Of a stretch of 64,000 nt of DNA, positions 25,776 to 38,625 are shown one piece after another. Position 1 is the first letter of the stretch. Every line of letters begins with the position of its first letter. Position numbers and translations under genes: made by a program. This stretch comes from Octopus sinensis (Eukaryota). The notes beneath the pieces were generated by a model. It saw only the letters and a program-made list of their open reading frames with translations, was not told the DNA's origin and ran no database searches. The stretch lies in assembly GCF_006345805.1 (NCBI RefSeq), contig NC_043014.1:10540001-10604000 (forward strand). The letters run 5' to 3'.

Positions 25776-26431
25776 CTTTTGCCCGTATATGTATATGTGA
25801 GTGTGTGTGTTTGAGTGTGTTTAATATTGTTCTATTTACTACAAAGATGATATAATACTTTATTTCCTTTATCGGGGGAAACCTGCATCAAATGAATGTT
25901 TGTGTGTTTGCATGAACTTGGGTGTGAGACTGTGTACATCATTCTGATTTTCTTCCATCATCACTCTCTTCGTTTCTTCTTCACCTTCACTTTATCTTTC
26001 ACCCTCTCTCTTTCTCTCTGTCTTAAGAGATTAACCCTGGTATTTTCCACAAATGTCTTTCTTACATCGTTGTTAAATGCAATGAGGAATCAAACAGAAA
26101 CGTCCTTATCAAGCTTATCAGAGAAACTCAATTAATAATCTCTAATTTATACGCCGTGACAGAACTGAAGTGCGCAACCTTAAGATCTATACTTCCCTTA
26201 TAAGAAGCATGAGTTTAATTACGATAGTAAGATTTCTGTTTCACTAATTAATTACACGGAATCGTCAAAAGAAACATAACTAAACCGTTATTAGAGAAAA
26301 TCATTCCCAACCTCAATGCAATAAATATTATTACTGTTGAACAACAAACATGTTGTCATTGAAAATCTTCTGTCACCTTTTTGACTCTATTACAAATATT
26401 ACAGAGAAAGAAAAGGAAATTATTTTACAAT

Positions 26432-26597
26432 AGACGCAGGAGTGGCTGTGTGGTAAATAGTTTGCTTACCAACCACATAGTTCTGGGTTCAGTCCCACAG
26501 CATGACATCTTGGGCAAGTGTCTTCTACTATAGCCTCGGGCCGACCAAAGCCTTGTGAGTGAATTTGGTAGACGGAAACTGAAAGAAGCTTGTCGTA

Positions 26598-26644
<47 letters not shown>

Positions 26645-26845
26645 ATTTGTGTGTCTGTGTTTGTCCCCAACATCGCTTGACAACTAATGCTGGTGTGTTT
26701 AAGTCCCCGTCACTTAGCGGTTCAGCAAAAGAGACCGATAGAATAAGTGCTAGGCTTACAAAGAATAAGTCCTGGGATCGATTTGCTCTTCTAAAGGCGG
26801 TGCTTCTGCATGGCCGCATTCAAATGACTGAAACAACAAAAGAGT
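26432..26845 (+). mobile_element. SINE family D, full length
   Basis: Matches 11108-11520. Confidence 0.9.
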
Positions 26846-27145
26846 AAAGAGTAAACTACGACAAAACAGTCTATGTTACGGAACTGCGAAATATCCCTTT
26901 TACTTTGAGCATGGGTGTCACTGCCGCCGCAGAGATTTGTAAACAAGTTGGCTGATTTTTGCTAACTTAAAATCTAAATCTGCTTTTAGGACCGCGTTTG
27001 TCTATTCATACATTTACTAAAATATTAGCCTACTTGAATCAATGCAATAATTGTGTCGAGGATACAGAGTGCCATCGTAACCTGTATTCCTTGTATAACT
27101 TTCAACTTTCTCAGGAAGTTAGCCCTTTGAAATTATTTCGAAATA

Positions 27146-28054
27146 TTGGGTTGTCCGGAAAGTTCGTGTCGATTTTTAAAAGAAAGAAAAAGGTCAAAAA
27201 ATACTTGCCATTATATTTTTAATCAACCAAATATGAACCATTTTGTTGCACAATGCGTCTCCATCTTTCCCTTAACTTGAAAATACCCTCTTCCCAGAAT
27301 TGAGGTGGTTTCATGGCAAAGAATTCATCAAGGTATCTTTTTACGTCATCTAAGGAATTGAAATGAAATTTGTACCATTAAGACTATTCTGCAGAGACCT
27401 GAATAAGTGGAAATCCGAAGGAGCAATATCTGGTGAATATGGAGGGTGGAGTAGCACATCCCAGCCGAGCTGCAGCAATTTTTGTCTGGTTCCCAAAGCA
27501 TCAAGTGCGGAGAATGAACTTTCTTATCTTCCATTTTAAAAGGTTACAGAATTAACACAGGTTATAGGAACATAAACCTTCTTCCACGAAAATATTGCTT
27601 GACCTGTGCTCTAAATGGAGGTGTAGTCAAATCCTATTTTATGGACTCAACCATGTTCTAAAATAAGTCGAAAGGTTGGTTGGCATCCTTTCTGTCTCGG
27701 GAGACAATGGAGTTGCGCATAAAGTAGTCTAGCCCGGCTTATATATTTCATGTCCTGATACATTTCCTGTTGTGGCTGTGTAGTCCTATCCTGGACAAAC
27801 ACTCCCTCTGGCAGGTACCGCAAATGTAGCGAAGACTGTTCCTGGCTGGTTGTAGTGCCATAGTCTCTTGTTGACGTCTCTTCTTTTCTTTCCATTTCTC
27901 CTCTCTCTCTCTGTCACTCCTTTGTATTCCCTCTCTTACGGTACGTCGCCATTCTCCACGGTTGCCGGCAGCTGCCTCCCAACCGCTAATATTGATGTTG
28001 CTAATATTGAAGGTAAGCTACTATAAATCGGCACGAACTTTCCGGACAACCCAA
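27146..28054 (-). mobile_element. mariner deletion derivative
   Basis: 30-bp TIRs TTGGGTTGTCCGGAAAGTTCGTG.CGATTT; TA TSD; MEDKKVH start fused to ...HPPYSPDIAPSDFHLFRSL C-terminus. Confidence 0.92.
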
Positions 28055-28458
28055 TATTTAGGGTTACAGAAACGTCTAGGTAGTTGCAACAGTTTTAGTA
28101 GTCCCAAATATTTAGAGTGGCCACAGCATTTAGAGCGGTTGCATTTTTTGAGCAGTAACATGCAAAATTCAAAATGAATGTCAGTTACGTTATTCATTAC
28201 AATGATTTCTAGCATTCACAGAAAAACCAGCGAGGCAGTTACAATGGAATACATTGACATTAGCGAAGAAGACATACTACTAGCCAAAGATGAAGTGGAC
28301 ACAAACTCAATTGCCGGCCCTGGTGGCTTCCCAGCAATCCTCCTCAAATAGTGTAAGCATGCCTTGGCGGTTTTGCCTCCAGATTCTCTTCCAGAGCCCT
28401 CTTACAAATGGCAAACTGCCAAGCAAGCTGAAGGAGGGGTTTAGGAGCCCATTGACCC

Positions 28459-28681
28459 AAAGGCGGCGAGCTGGCAGAAACGTTAGCACGCCGGGCGAAA
28501 TAGGTAGCCGTATTTCGTCTGCCGTTACGTTCTGGGTTCAAATTCCGCCGAGGTCGACTTTGCCTTTCACCCTTTCGGGGTCGATAAATTAAGTACCAGT
28601 TACGCACTGGGGTCGATGTAATCGACTTAATCCGTTTCTCTGTCCGTCTGTGTTTAGCCCCTTGTGGGTAGTAAAGAAATA
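28459..28681 (+). mobile_element. SINE family A long-tail copy
   Basis: Full head AAGGCGGCGAGCTGGCAG and tail. Confidence 0.9.
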
Positions 28682-28954
28682 TATGTGTGTGTATGTATGT
28701 GTGCGCGTGCGTGTGTCGTGTGTCTGTGTGTGTCTATTAATGTTGGTGTGTGTGTATGTCCGCGTGTGTACCTGTGTGTGTTTGTGTGCATGGGTTTGTG
28801 CGTACGTGTCTCTTGACGAGGAAGGTATTCGCTTTGAAGGATGAACCATAGCTAACCAAGATGTGGTGTAGCCAGTTATACCGCCACTTTGAATCTGTGT
28901 ACTGTAAAAGACTTTGTCTTCTTTAGATAACCAGTTGCCATGTTGATTAGTAAT

Positions 28955-29016
28955 GTCGGCCAACCAATGCCTTGTGAGTGGATTTCGTAGACGAAAACTG
29001 AAAGAAGCCTGTCGTA

Positions 29017-29091
<75 letters not shown>

Positions 29092-29290
29092 CTATGTTTG
29101 TCCCCCTAGCATTGCTTGACAACCGATGCTGGTGTGTTTACGTCCCCGGCACTTAGCGGTTCGGCAAAAGAGACCGATAGAATAAGTACTGGGCTTACAA
29201 AGAATAAGTCCCGGGGTCGATTTACTCGACTAAAAAGGTGGTACTCCAGCATGGCCGCAGTCAAATGACTAAAACAAGTAAAAGAAATAA
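28955..29290 (+). mobile_element. SINE family D, 5' truncated
   Basis: Body and tail match 11108. Confidence 0.85.
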
Positions 29291-29396
29291 AAGAAAAAAA
29301 AAAATCTTCCAAATTTTGACCTAGTTTCGGACGTTTCAAATGAGTATCGTACCCTGTCAGCAAAGCATTTACTTTTCTTATAATAGACTTTAATGT

Positions 29397-29618
29397 CGTA
29401 AAGTATACTAGCCATCTCAATATGACTAACCACTAAGGGTGTGTGTTACTGTAGCTTTAAGCCCCAGGAGATCATCGTCTCCAGCTGGCTTTAGGCACAC
29501 TTTCAGAGATTTATTACTGGGGCTAAATCTCGTTCAGAGACTTATTACTGGGGCTATAAGCTACAGTAACACCCACCCTTAGTGGTTAGCCATATTGAGA
29601 TGGCTAGTATACTTTACG
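29397..29618. repeat. Fold-back element, ~74-bp arms
   Basis: CGTAAAGTATACTAGCCATCTCAATATG... vs ...CATATTGAGATGGCTAGTATACTTTACG; internal direct repeats TTCAGAGA(T/C)TTATTACTGGGGCTA. Confidence 0.9.
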
Positions 29619-30001
29619 TTGTCGAGCGGCTACTGTTTACATCTCGTTCAGAGATTTATTAAGACTTTAATGTCATACACGGAAAATCAAATTTTTTCCA
29701 TAGATTCTCTAGTTCCTGAGGAATTAGCTAATTTCTTGCAAGTCTGGATTTTTAAACTTTTGCTAATGCTTTATACCTTCCAATGATACTGGATTTTCTA
29801 GGGACTCTAATTAGTTCAGTCAACTCATGTTCCGCATTCGTTATTATTTTTTGCTTTTTAACAGACTTTTCAAAGTCAGATGTTTTTGCCAGTTTTTCTT
29901 GTTCGCTGCGACTGCTTGACTTGACTGCTTAAACGACATGATTGATGTTTGCATTTCACTGATTAAAGCAATATATTTCAATATCTGTAATAGAAAGAAG
30001 T

Positions 30002-30318
30002 GAGGGCGCGTGGCTTAGTGGTTAGGGCATTCGGCTCATGATCGTAAGGTTGTGAGTTCGATTCCCGGCGACGCGTTGTGTCCTTGAGCAAGACACTTTA
30101 TTTCACGTTGCTCCAGTCCATTCAGCTGGCAAAAATGAGTTGCACTTGTATTTCAAAGGGTCAGCCTTGTCACTCTCTGTGTCACGCTGATTATCCCCGA
30201 GAACTACGTTAAGGGTACACGTGTCTGTGGAATACTCAGCCATTTGCACGTTAATTTCACGAGCAAGCTGTTCCGTTGATCGTATCAGCTGGGACCCTCG
30301 TCGTCGTAACCGGCGGAG
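30002..30318 (+). mobile_element. CORE SINE head C + tail 1, full length
   Basis: A box TGGCTTAGTGG, B box GTTCGATTCC, CORE-like block, tail 1. Confidence 0.9.
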
Positions 30319-30599
30319 TCTTTTTAATAGAAAGAATAATGCATTCGTGGATTATCTCAACAACAAATAATACTACTCAAGATGTGAAACAACTTTTACA
30401 TAATGTATATCTCGTTATTGTTATTTGGCCAGGAAGTAACTTCCGTCATAAATTCTTTAGAATCTAATAAAACAGTGTGAAGCAATAATACCGGATGTAA
30501 TGTCAGTTTAACTAAAGCAATGCAAGGGTGGCGCATTTGAAAATAAAAATATTAACTGGTGGGGGAGGTTTTTGAAGGTTTTAAAAAATGAACCCTAAT

Positions 30600-30668
<69 letters not shown>

Positions 30669-30814
30669 AATTATAATAATAATTATAATAATAATTATAA
30701 TAATAATAATAATAATAATAATAGGGAATATTCCAAATTTACAGGGAAAAATCCAGTTTGGAAATACTAAATCAAATTTCACAAAATATAACATGTATAT
30801 ATATATATATATCA

Positions 30815-31113
30815 CTGTGACCAACGGGATCGGCTAGGCTATCAGATATTGCTACACATCGCTGGTCACAATGCGCATTGCATTGTTTTAGCCTTCAAAT
30901 GACGCCACCCCGCTGGCTAAGCGAGCAGGCCAACAGAAGCAACAGTAAGAAAAAGTTGTGGCGAAAGAGTACAGCAGGTATCTCCACCACCCCCTTGCCG
31001 GAGCCTCGTGGAGCTTTAGGCGTTTTTCTCAATAAATATTCACAAGACCCGGTCTGGGAATCGAAACCGCGATTCTACGACAGCAAATCCGCTGTCCTAA
31101 CCACCGGGCCATA
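30815..31113 (-). mobile_element. SINE head B + tail 2
   Basis: Matches 24566-24847. Confidence 0.85.
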
Positions 31114-31427
31114 GTCATTATAAACGTATTATAGTTATGCTATTTAGGTTTCTTTAGTTTTGGGTCGCAACTCCAATTAACCCTCCGGAGGAGCTAACTT
31201 ACAAATCCACCCGGGGGTGAGACTCTTAAGCTATTGATTTATAAAGTTAACGAATATTTATTTTAATGCATACGTATTACAGGTGTAGGTATAGCTGTGT
31301 GGTTTCGAGCTAAATTACTTTTAATATAGCCGGCCATGGTTTGTAAGGGAATTTTTGACAACTGCGGCGTTTAAGACGACGGAAAACACATGAGTTCTCG
31401 TAAAGGGAACTCAATTTCATAATATTC

Positions 31428-31932
31428 GTTTTTACTCTAAGCACAAGGCCCGAAATTTTGGGGGAGTGGGCCAGTCGATTAGATCGACCCCAGTACGCAA
31501 CTGGTACTTAATTTATAGAGCCCGAAAGGATAAAGGCAAAGTCGACCACGATGGAATTTGGACTCAGAACTTAGCGGCAGACGAATATATATATATATAT
31601 ATTCGTCTGCCGCTAAGTTCCGAGTCCAAATTCCATATATATATATATATATATATATATCGTCTATGGAATGAAAGGGGCATCAAACTTGACACCAAAG
31701 TGCAGGTCTATAAAATAGCCATTCTTATTTCTTTACTGCCCACAAGGGGCTAAACATAGAGGTGTCAAACAAGGATAGACAAATGGATTAAGTCGATTAT
31801 ATCGACCCCAGTGCGTAATTGTTACTCATTTAATCGACCCCGACGGAATTTGAACTCAGAACGTAAGGACAGACGAAATCTCGCTAAGCTTTTCGTCTGG
31901 TGTGCTAACATTTCTGCCAGCTCGCCGCCTTA
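31428..31932 (-). mobile_element. Two family-A SINEs with an intervening fold-back and a short RTE-like fragment
   Basis: A copies at 31428-31587 and 31727-31932; palindrome 31552-31635; RLWNERGIKLDTKVQVYKIA at 31660-31725 (+). Confidence 0.75.
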
Positions 31933-32355
31933 ACGCAATTACATGATATTCCCACCCTCACCAACAGCTGATGCACTTTTTAACTTTTATAGAGTAACAG
32001 AATGGGGAGTTATGTGCCTCACGCAAGGGGAAAAACAAGCTACCCGTTCCTGTATTCGAACTCACAACTTTATGAATTGGAGCCAAGGGCAATAATCCCC
32101 GACACGCGCTGTTTCAGTAAATGCGTATATGTGTGAGTATGTGTATGTATGAGCGATAAAATGAGCCGAGGATGCATATTAAGAAATCCAAATGCACGCA
32201 GTTTAATGATTAAGCTAAATCCAAGAAGCGTAGAATTGCATCAGGTTTGTACTTAATCTGGAATAAGCCGTTCAATGCGTTCAACGTAAATAAATTGCTT
32301 TCTGCCAGATAAGCGTAATACGGTTCTATGTTTAAGAGCGGAGGAATCATGTACA

Positions 32356-32752
32356 TTATTTACATTATTTACATTTGACGGGCATATGGCGTAGTGGTTA
32401 ATAGCGAGGGCTATTAACCCCAAGATTCCGAGTTCGATTTCAGGCAGTGACCTGAATATTAATAATAATAACAATAACAATAATAATAACAATAATAATG
32501 ATAATAACAATAATGATAATAACAATAATGATAATAACAATAATAATAATAACAATAATAATAATAACATTAATAATAATAACAATAATAATAATAATAA
32601 TGACATCGAAAAATACCTTAGGAATGAGAACCCAGGTTCGAAATTTTCCCCCAAGACACCTGATGAAGGCTGGAGGGTATATCAGCCGAAACTTGTGTTT
32701 ACAACAAGCAAGATGAGGACAAATATCCGTCAAATGTAAATAATGTAAATAA
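32356..32752 (+). mobile_element. tRNA-promoter + hammerhead non-autonomous element with 26-bp terminal inverted repeats
   Basis: A box TGGCGTAGTGG (32387-32397), B box GTTCGATTTC (~32432), (AAT/AAC)n, hammerhead 32655-32699; TIRs 32356-32381 and 32727-32752. Confidence 0.75.
32655..32699 (+). ncRNA. Minimal type I hammerhead ribozyme
   Basis: GACAC-CTGATGA-A-GGCTG gagggtatat CAGCC-GAAAC-TT-GTGTT; lacks the G expected in GAAACGTT. Confidence 0.7.
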
Positions 32753-32875
32753 GCGTCATACGTTTCCCACTAAATTCGGTACTGTTGAAAGTTTTCCAAC
32801 TTCACCATTTTAATTTAAAAAGTGAAAGTTTTCTCCTACCCTTAGTGGTTTGCTAAATGAAGTAAATGATTTCAA

Positions 32876-33647
32876 ATTTTGGCACAAGGCCAGCAATGTT
32901 GGAGGCGAGAGGTTAATCGATTTTAGTACTCAACTGGTGCTTATTTTATCGACCTCAAAAGGATGAAAGGCAAAATAGACCTCGACACGATTTGAACGCA
33001 GAACATAAAAACGGACGAAATACCGATCAGCATTTGGCACGGCTTACTAGATTCTTATTTCTTTATTGCCCACAAGGGGCTAAATATAGAGGGGACAAAC
33101 AAGGACATTATGTCGATTACATCGACCCCAGTGCGTAACTGGTACTTAATTTATCGACCCCGAAAGGATGAAAGGCAAAGTCGACCTCAGCGGAATTTGA
33201 ACTCAGAACGCAGCGGCGGACGAAATACCTATTTCTTTACTACCCACAAGGGGCTAAACACAGAGAGGACAAACAAGGACAGAAAAATGGATTAAGTCGA
33301 TTATATCGACCCCAGTGCGTAACTCGTACTTAATTTATCGCCCCGGAAAGGATGAAAAGCAAAGTCGACCTCGGCGGAATTTGAACTCTTTACGTAACAG
33401 CAGACGAAATACCTATTTCTTTACTACCCACAAGGGACTAAACATAGAGGGGACTAACAAGGACAGACAAACGGATTAAGTCGATTACATCGACCCCAGT
33501 GCGTAATTGGTACTTATTTGATCGACCGCGAAAGGATGAAATGCAAAGTCGACCTCGGCGGAATTTGAACTCACAACGTAGCTGCAGACGAAATACCGCT
33601 AAGCATTTTGCACGGCTTACTAAAGATTCTGTCAGCTCACCGCATTA
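32876..33647 (-). mobile_element. Family-A SINE trimer joined to another family-A copy
   Basis: Junctions GAAATAG|GTATTTCG at ~33228 and ~33415. Confidence 0.85.
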
Positions 33648-34296
33648 ACCGCAGTAAATAGTAATTAAAATTATTTTAGTGACAATTAATTTTTTCACTT
33701 CATTTCATTTCATCTAGTTTCATTCAGCTCACGAGCTGTGGCCATGCTGGGGCACCGCCATTCAGTTCATTTTTGTTATACAATCCTTATTGTCGTAGCT
33801 CAAAATATCAATTTTTAGAAGCAGTTACTGCCGTAGAGTCCTTAAGGGTAAAGTATAGAATATTATGTCACGCATACATTTCCAAGAGCAATTCGTTACG
33901 CGAATGAAATGATTGTCTTCCAACTAAAATTGGAACTACATAGGTTGCCCTCATAATGCCGGCGGGGTGACATCTTGCTATAAGCTGTACTCAACATTTG
34001 CTCACAAACTTTTGGATAATTGTCAGGTATTATCTGTTGCCCTGCTTCACAGCTTGATTTATATTGTTCACGCTTTTATAATTGAAAGCTACATTACTAA
34101 TCCTTCCTTCGCAGAATGTCTTAACATTCTCAGCCGAAGATTGATAGCGGTTTAAATACAGTTTTCTTAGCGTTCTATGGCTTACAGCATAATCTTTTCA
34201 AACATGTTGGCGGAATATGTTTTAAAGATTTACATATTCATATTTTTGTATGTGTTTTATTCGATTCGTTATAATATCCAAAATATTTTGATGGTG

Positions 34297-34338
<42 letters not shown>

Positions 34339-34339
34339 G

Positions 34340-34373
<34 letters not shown>

Positions 34374-34374
34374 A

Positions 34375-34407
<33 letters not shown>

Positions 34408-35095
34408 ATGATGATGATGATGATGAAGATGATAAATAAAGATAATACAGTTCATTTTCTTTATACTTTCCGGATAAGCTGCTAAAGCTGAGCTAATCAT
34501 TTTTCTCAATTCAAAGACTTATTCTAAGTTTAAAACCTTTGGCATTTTAATAATTTGGGATTCGAATAAATAACCGTGGTTGATATATATATATATATAT
34601 ATCCCGGAAAGAAATATAATAAAATTCCTGTGGACTGTTATATCTCTATTAAGATATATACATGCGTGGTATTTTTATGCTGGATTGTAATATGAATGTG
34701 ACAACCACACCTGATGTGAACATTTCCTATGTTTCAATTGAATAACGAGATTTTCATGCTGCATGTTTTAAAGCCATTCAAAAGATTTTTAGTGTGGCGT
34801 TTTTTGGTTTTTGCATGTGTGAACCAAAACCACCAGAGAGCATTTTAGCAACATAAAGAGGAGAATGGGTCGAGTTCATTAGATGCCCTAGGGAGAAGCT
34901 AGGGCTTTGAACACATAGTGGCAACAGTAGAGTCAAAGGAAGAAAAAGAGGATAGCGAAAGTGTGTGTGAGAGAGAGGGGGGAAATGGAGTGGGAGAGAG
35001 AGGGAGTGGGGAGAAGAGAGTGAGAGAGGAGAGAGGGATACGTTAGTGTTACGCGTGGATCCATTAACGTGGTGTATTGTGTACAGGGGAGAATA

Positions 35096-35690
35096 AGGCG
35101 GAGAGCTGGCAGAAACGTTAGCACGCCGGGCGAAATGCTTAGCAGTATTTCGTCTGTCGTTACGTTCTGAGTTCAAATTCCGCCGAGGTCGACTTTGCCT
35201 GTCATCCTTTCAGGGTCGATTAAATAAGTACCACTTACGCACTGGGGTCGATATAATCGACTTAATCCGTCTGTCTGCCCTTTGTCCCCTCTGTGTGTAG
35301 CCCCTTGTGGGCAGTAAAGAAATAGGTATTTCGTCCGCCGCTGCGTTCTGAGTTCAAATTCCGCCGAGGTCGACTTTGCCTTTCATCCTTTCGGGGTCGA
35401 TAAATTAAGTACCAGTTACGCACTGGGATCAATGTAATCAACTTAATCCATTTGTCTGTCCTTGTTTGTCCCCTCTGTGATAAGCCCATTGTGGGTAGTA
35501 AAGAAATAGGTATTTCGTCTGCCGTTACGTTCTGAGTTTAAATTCCGCCGAGGTCGACTTTCCCTTTCATCCTTTCGGGGTCGATAAATTAAGTACCAGT
35601 TACGCACTGGGGTCGATGTAATCGACTTAATCCGTTTGTCTGTCCTTGTTCGTCTCCTCAATGTTTAGCCCCTTGTTGACAATAAACAAA
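35096..35690 (+). mobile_element. Family-A SINE trimer
   Basis: One head, three bodies, same junction as the 17.5-kb array. Confidence 0.9.
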
Positions 35691-35772
35691 TAAATGGCTT
35701 ATAAACACCTTCCACGCTGCAATTGCTTCTGTTTCAGGACGCGATCTCAGATCAGGTCAATTGTTATGCAAG

Positions 35773-36157
35773 TTGGAAGCACTCCGTCGGTTACGACGAT
35801 GAGGGTTCCGGTTGATCCGAATCAACGGAACAGCCTGCTCGTTAAATTAACGTGTAAGTGGCTGAGCACTCCACAGACACGTGTACCCTTAACGTAGTTC
35901 TCGGCGATATTCAGCGTGACACAGAGAGTGACAAGGCCGGCCCTTTGAAATACAGGTACAACAGAAACAGGAAGTAAGAGTGAGAGAAAGTTGTGGTGAA
36001 AGAGTACAGCAGGGATCACCACCATCCCCTGCCAGAGCCTCGTGGAGCTTTAGGTGTTTTCGCTCAATAAACACTCACAATGCTCGGTCTGAGAATCGAA
36101 ACCGCGATCTTATGACCGCGTGTCCGTTGCCCTAAACCACTAGGCCATTGCGCCTCC
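35773..36157 (-). mobile_element. SINE head B + tail 1
   Basis: Matches 1828-2215; approximate TSD TGTTA(T/C)GCAAG. Confidence 0.9.
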
Positions 36158-36565
36158 TATGTTACGCAAGTAATTATTCATACTCCGTAATTATTCATAC
36201 ACTGAAAATTCATTAGTGATGCAAAACTAGAAAGTATTCTTTGAATACACCCTCTACCAAATTCCTAACAATAAAATCCGTATACTCTTTCCAGATTTAG
36301 CTTGAAGTATTCTTGAACATCGTCCAAATATCTGATTGTTTAAGATAACTGCCAATCATTATGAAAATCTACAAGCAAAGAGCCTGATAGCTTCCGGTTG
36401 TTATAGTACGGAATAAAAGCGTCTATACTCAGGTCGTCTGATCATTTGTATCAATTACAAGGAATTTTGCTACTTGCTTCGTTGAGAAAAAACACGGAAG
36501 AATGTCAAGTTGACTTAACTTCGTCTTCGTTTCCTAAAATAATATTATCGACTAGATTTTAGATA

Positions 36566-36950
36566 TAACTAGCAGTATCGCCCGTCGTTGCTCGGGTTTG
36601 TTTCGACCCTTTAGAATTGGAATTTTTGAAAAGTAAAAATTTTGCATTATGTAGCTTGTTATTTATCTTTAAGTGAACATTTTTCTGGTTGAAATACACC
36701 GAAAAATGGCGACACAGCTGTCAAACAATCGTAAAAAATAGGGATTTTCATAGAAAAATAAGCACCTTTTTTATGTAAATAATTTTTGGTGTTAACATGG
36801 TCCGATTTGAATTTTTTCTTCTACGGAAGGAAGAGCAAGCCGTCTTCTATCATACTCTCAATTTTGGTCAACTTGTGCCGCAGGGTCTCGGAGGAGATAG
36901 TGTTTGTTGAAGGCTACAAAATTGCCATACACAGAAAAATTCAGCTTTAT
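36566..36950 (+). mobile_element. Helentron/Helitron-type non-autonomous element (HINE-like)
   Basis: 5' TAACTAGCAGTATCGCCCG.CGTTGCTCGGG GC hairpin; 3' ...CAGCTTTATATATAT end; style resembles HINE/Lep1-type elements. Confidence 0.5.
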
Positions 36951-36970
36951 ATATATATATATATATATAT

Positions 36971-37107
36971 AGGTGCAGGAGTCGCTGTGTGGTAAGTAGT
37001 TTGCTTACCAACCACAAGGTTCCGGTTTCAGTACCACGGCGTATAGTATCTTCTACTATAGCCTCGGGCCGACCAAAGCCTTGTGAGTGGATTTGGTAGA
37101 CGGAACC
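36971..37107 (+). mobile_element. SINE family D head
   Basis: Matches the 5' part of 26432. Confidence 0.85.
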
Positions 37108-37109
37108 CA

Positions 37110-37488
37110 ACCAAATTCACAGAAATGTCAATGTAGAAAGGGAAAACAGATTAGGTTTATCCGTGAAAAGAAAAGCCTACGGAAACACCACGGTAACCAT
37201 GTGCAAGAATGACATAGAAAAAGCACATTACAGTAAATGTCTCTCTTTTTACTTTCTTTTTTTCGTTCATAGGATCATGCTGAAGGTAGCTTCGTCATTC
37301 ATACGTGCCATCTTTGCTACATTCACCCATCCTTTTTTTAAAACATTCGCTAGACAAAACTTGCCTCTTTACTCTCAATTTCCTCTTCAAGTGATATTTG
37401 AAGAAGTTGATGAGAGGTTGACCAGAGAGGAAAGTGTTTGACTCCAATCCTTTCATATGCGTCCACCAAATACATTCTTTCGCCATAG
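37110..37488 (-). mobile_element. Tx1/L1-type LINE ORF2 C-terminus and part of 3' UTR
   Basis: [34 protein letters not shown], as in 62353-63288. Confidence 0.85.
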
Positions 37489-37852
37489 TTGGTGGTGGTC
37501 GTGGCAGAGTTGTCCGTAGTAGTCGTTGACTGTGAAGCTGACGTCTGGCTTCTTCCAATTCTTCGTGGGTCGGCGTCCATGCTCGCACCTGCACCTGTCT
37601 CGCTCCTCCCCTTCTTTCCCTCCCTCGTGAAGCAGTGGGGAAGGGGAGGGGAGGGAAATCAACGTCGTAAGCGTTGTCAAGGAGACCACCGTTCTTCTCG
37701 AAGAACGACTTCATGGCTTTGAAGTCGCCATGCTCAAATCAGAAAATGGCTAGGAAAGCCGAAGACGAATTTACAAAATGGGGAAACACGCCACACAAAG
37801 GCAGGTTTCCCGTGCAAAGAATTTGCACAACCGAATGTATTTATTAGTAGTT

Positions 37853-37995
37853 GCACAATAGACGTCATTGATTAGTTGAAATTGCAGAAGAAAAAACAGC
37901 AAATATCTAACAAACTCTAGAATTTTCTGAATAAAGCCAAGAGAAAAAAATGTTTTATTTTGACACATTCTACAAGTATACGAAGTTTAAAATGT
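37853..37995 (-). mobile_element. Internal fragment of the Merlin-like MITE (cf. 232-643)
   Basis: Reverse-complement match to ~285-430. Confidence 0.75.
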
Positions 37996-38625
37996 TTTTG
38001 AGAAGAACGGTGGTCTCCTTGACAACGCTTCACAGGTGCATGTGTGAGCCTGGACGCCGACACACGGAAAATTGGTGGTGTTGGTGGTGTGGTGGTGGTG
38101 GTGGTGGTGGTGGTGATGATGATGGTGGTGATGATAGTGGTGATGGTGATGATGTATTTGGTGGTAGTGGCGTTGGTGATGATGGTGGTGGTGGTGGTGG
38201 TGGTGATGATGGTGTGAAAATTAAAGGTAGAATGTGTGGTACCGAAAGACCAAGTAAGAAATGAGAGCACACATAAATTGACAAAAGAAAGTATATACCG
38301 CTCTGGAATAAGTTTCTTATAATCTATACAGAACCCATTTAGAAACTTAGAAAATAGAATTATTTGTGTACTAAATTCAGAATGAACAAAATTCTGTATA
38401 TAACATATAAGTTATTTGTGAAAGCTAAGTTAAATAACTTTTACGACATGTAGAAAATTACTATACAGTTATTATACAAGACACGTATTTTCGGTTAAGC
38501 AGTGTTATTAGGTTCCCATAGTAGAAAATTGGAAAAACTAATGGAGTATATCTTGATCGTGTTTGTGGTGTACTCAGTACGGACACTAGCTTATTAGGGC
38601 TGCTATGCTGGAAAGTATAATGGAA

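Noticed and set aside
29325-29365. Minus-strand CTGACAG...GAAACGTC
   Set aside because: Core is wrong at G8/A9 and there is no stem II; chance cannot be excluded.
30002-30075. tRNA genes (also 32381, 43356 and others)
   Set aside because: A/B boxes run straight into SINE bodies, with no complete cloverleaf or terminator.
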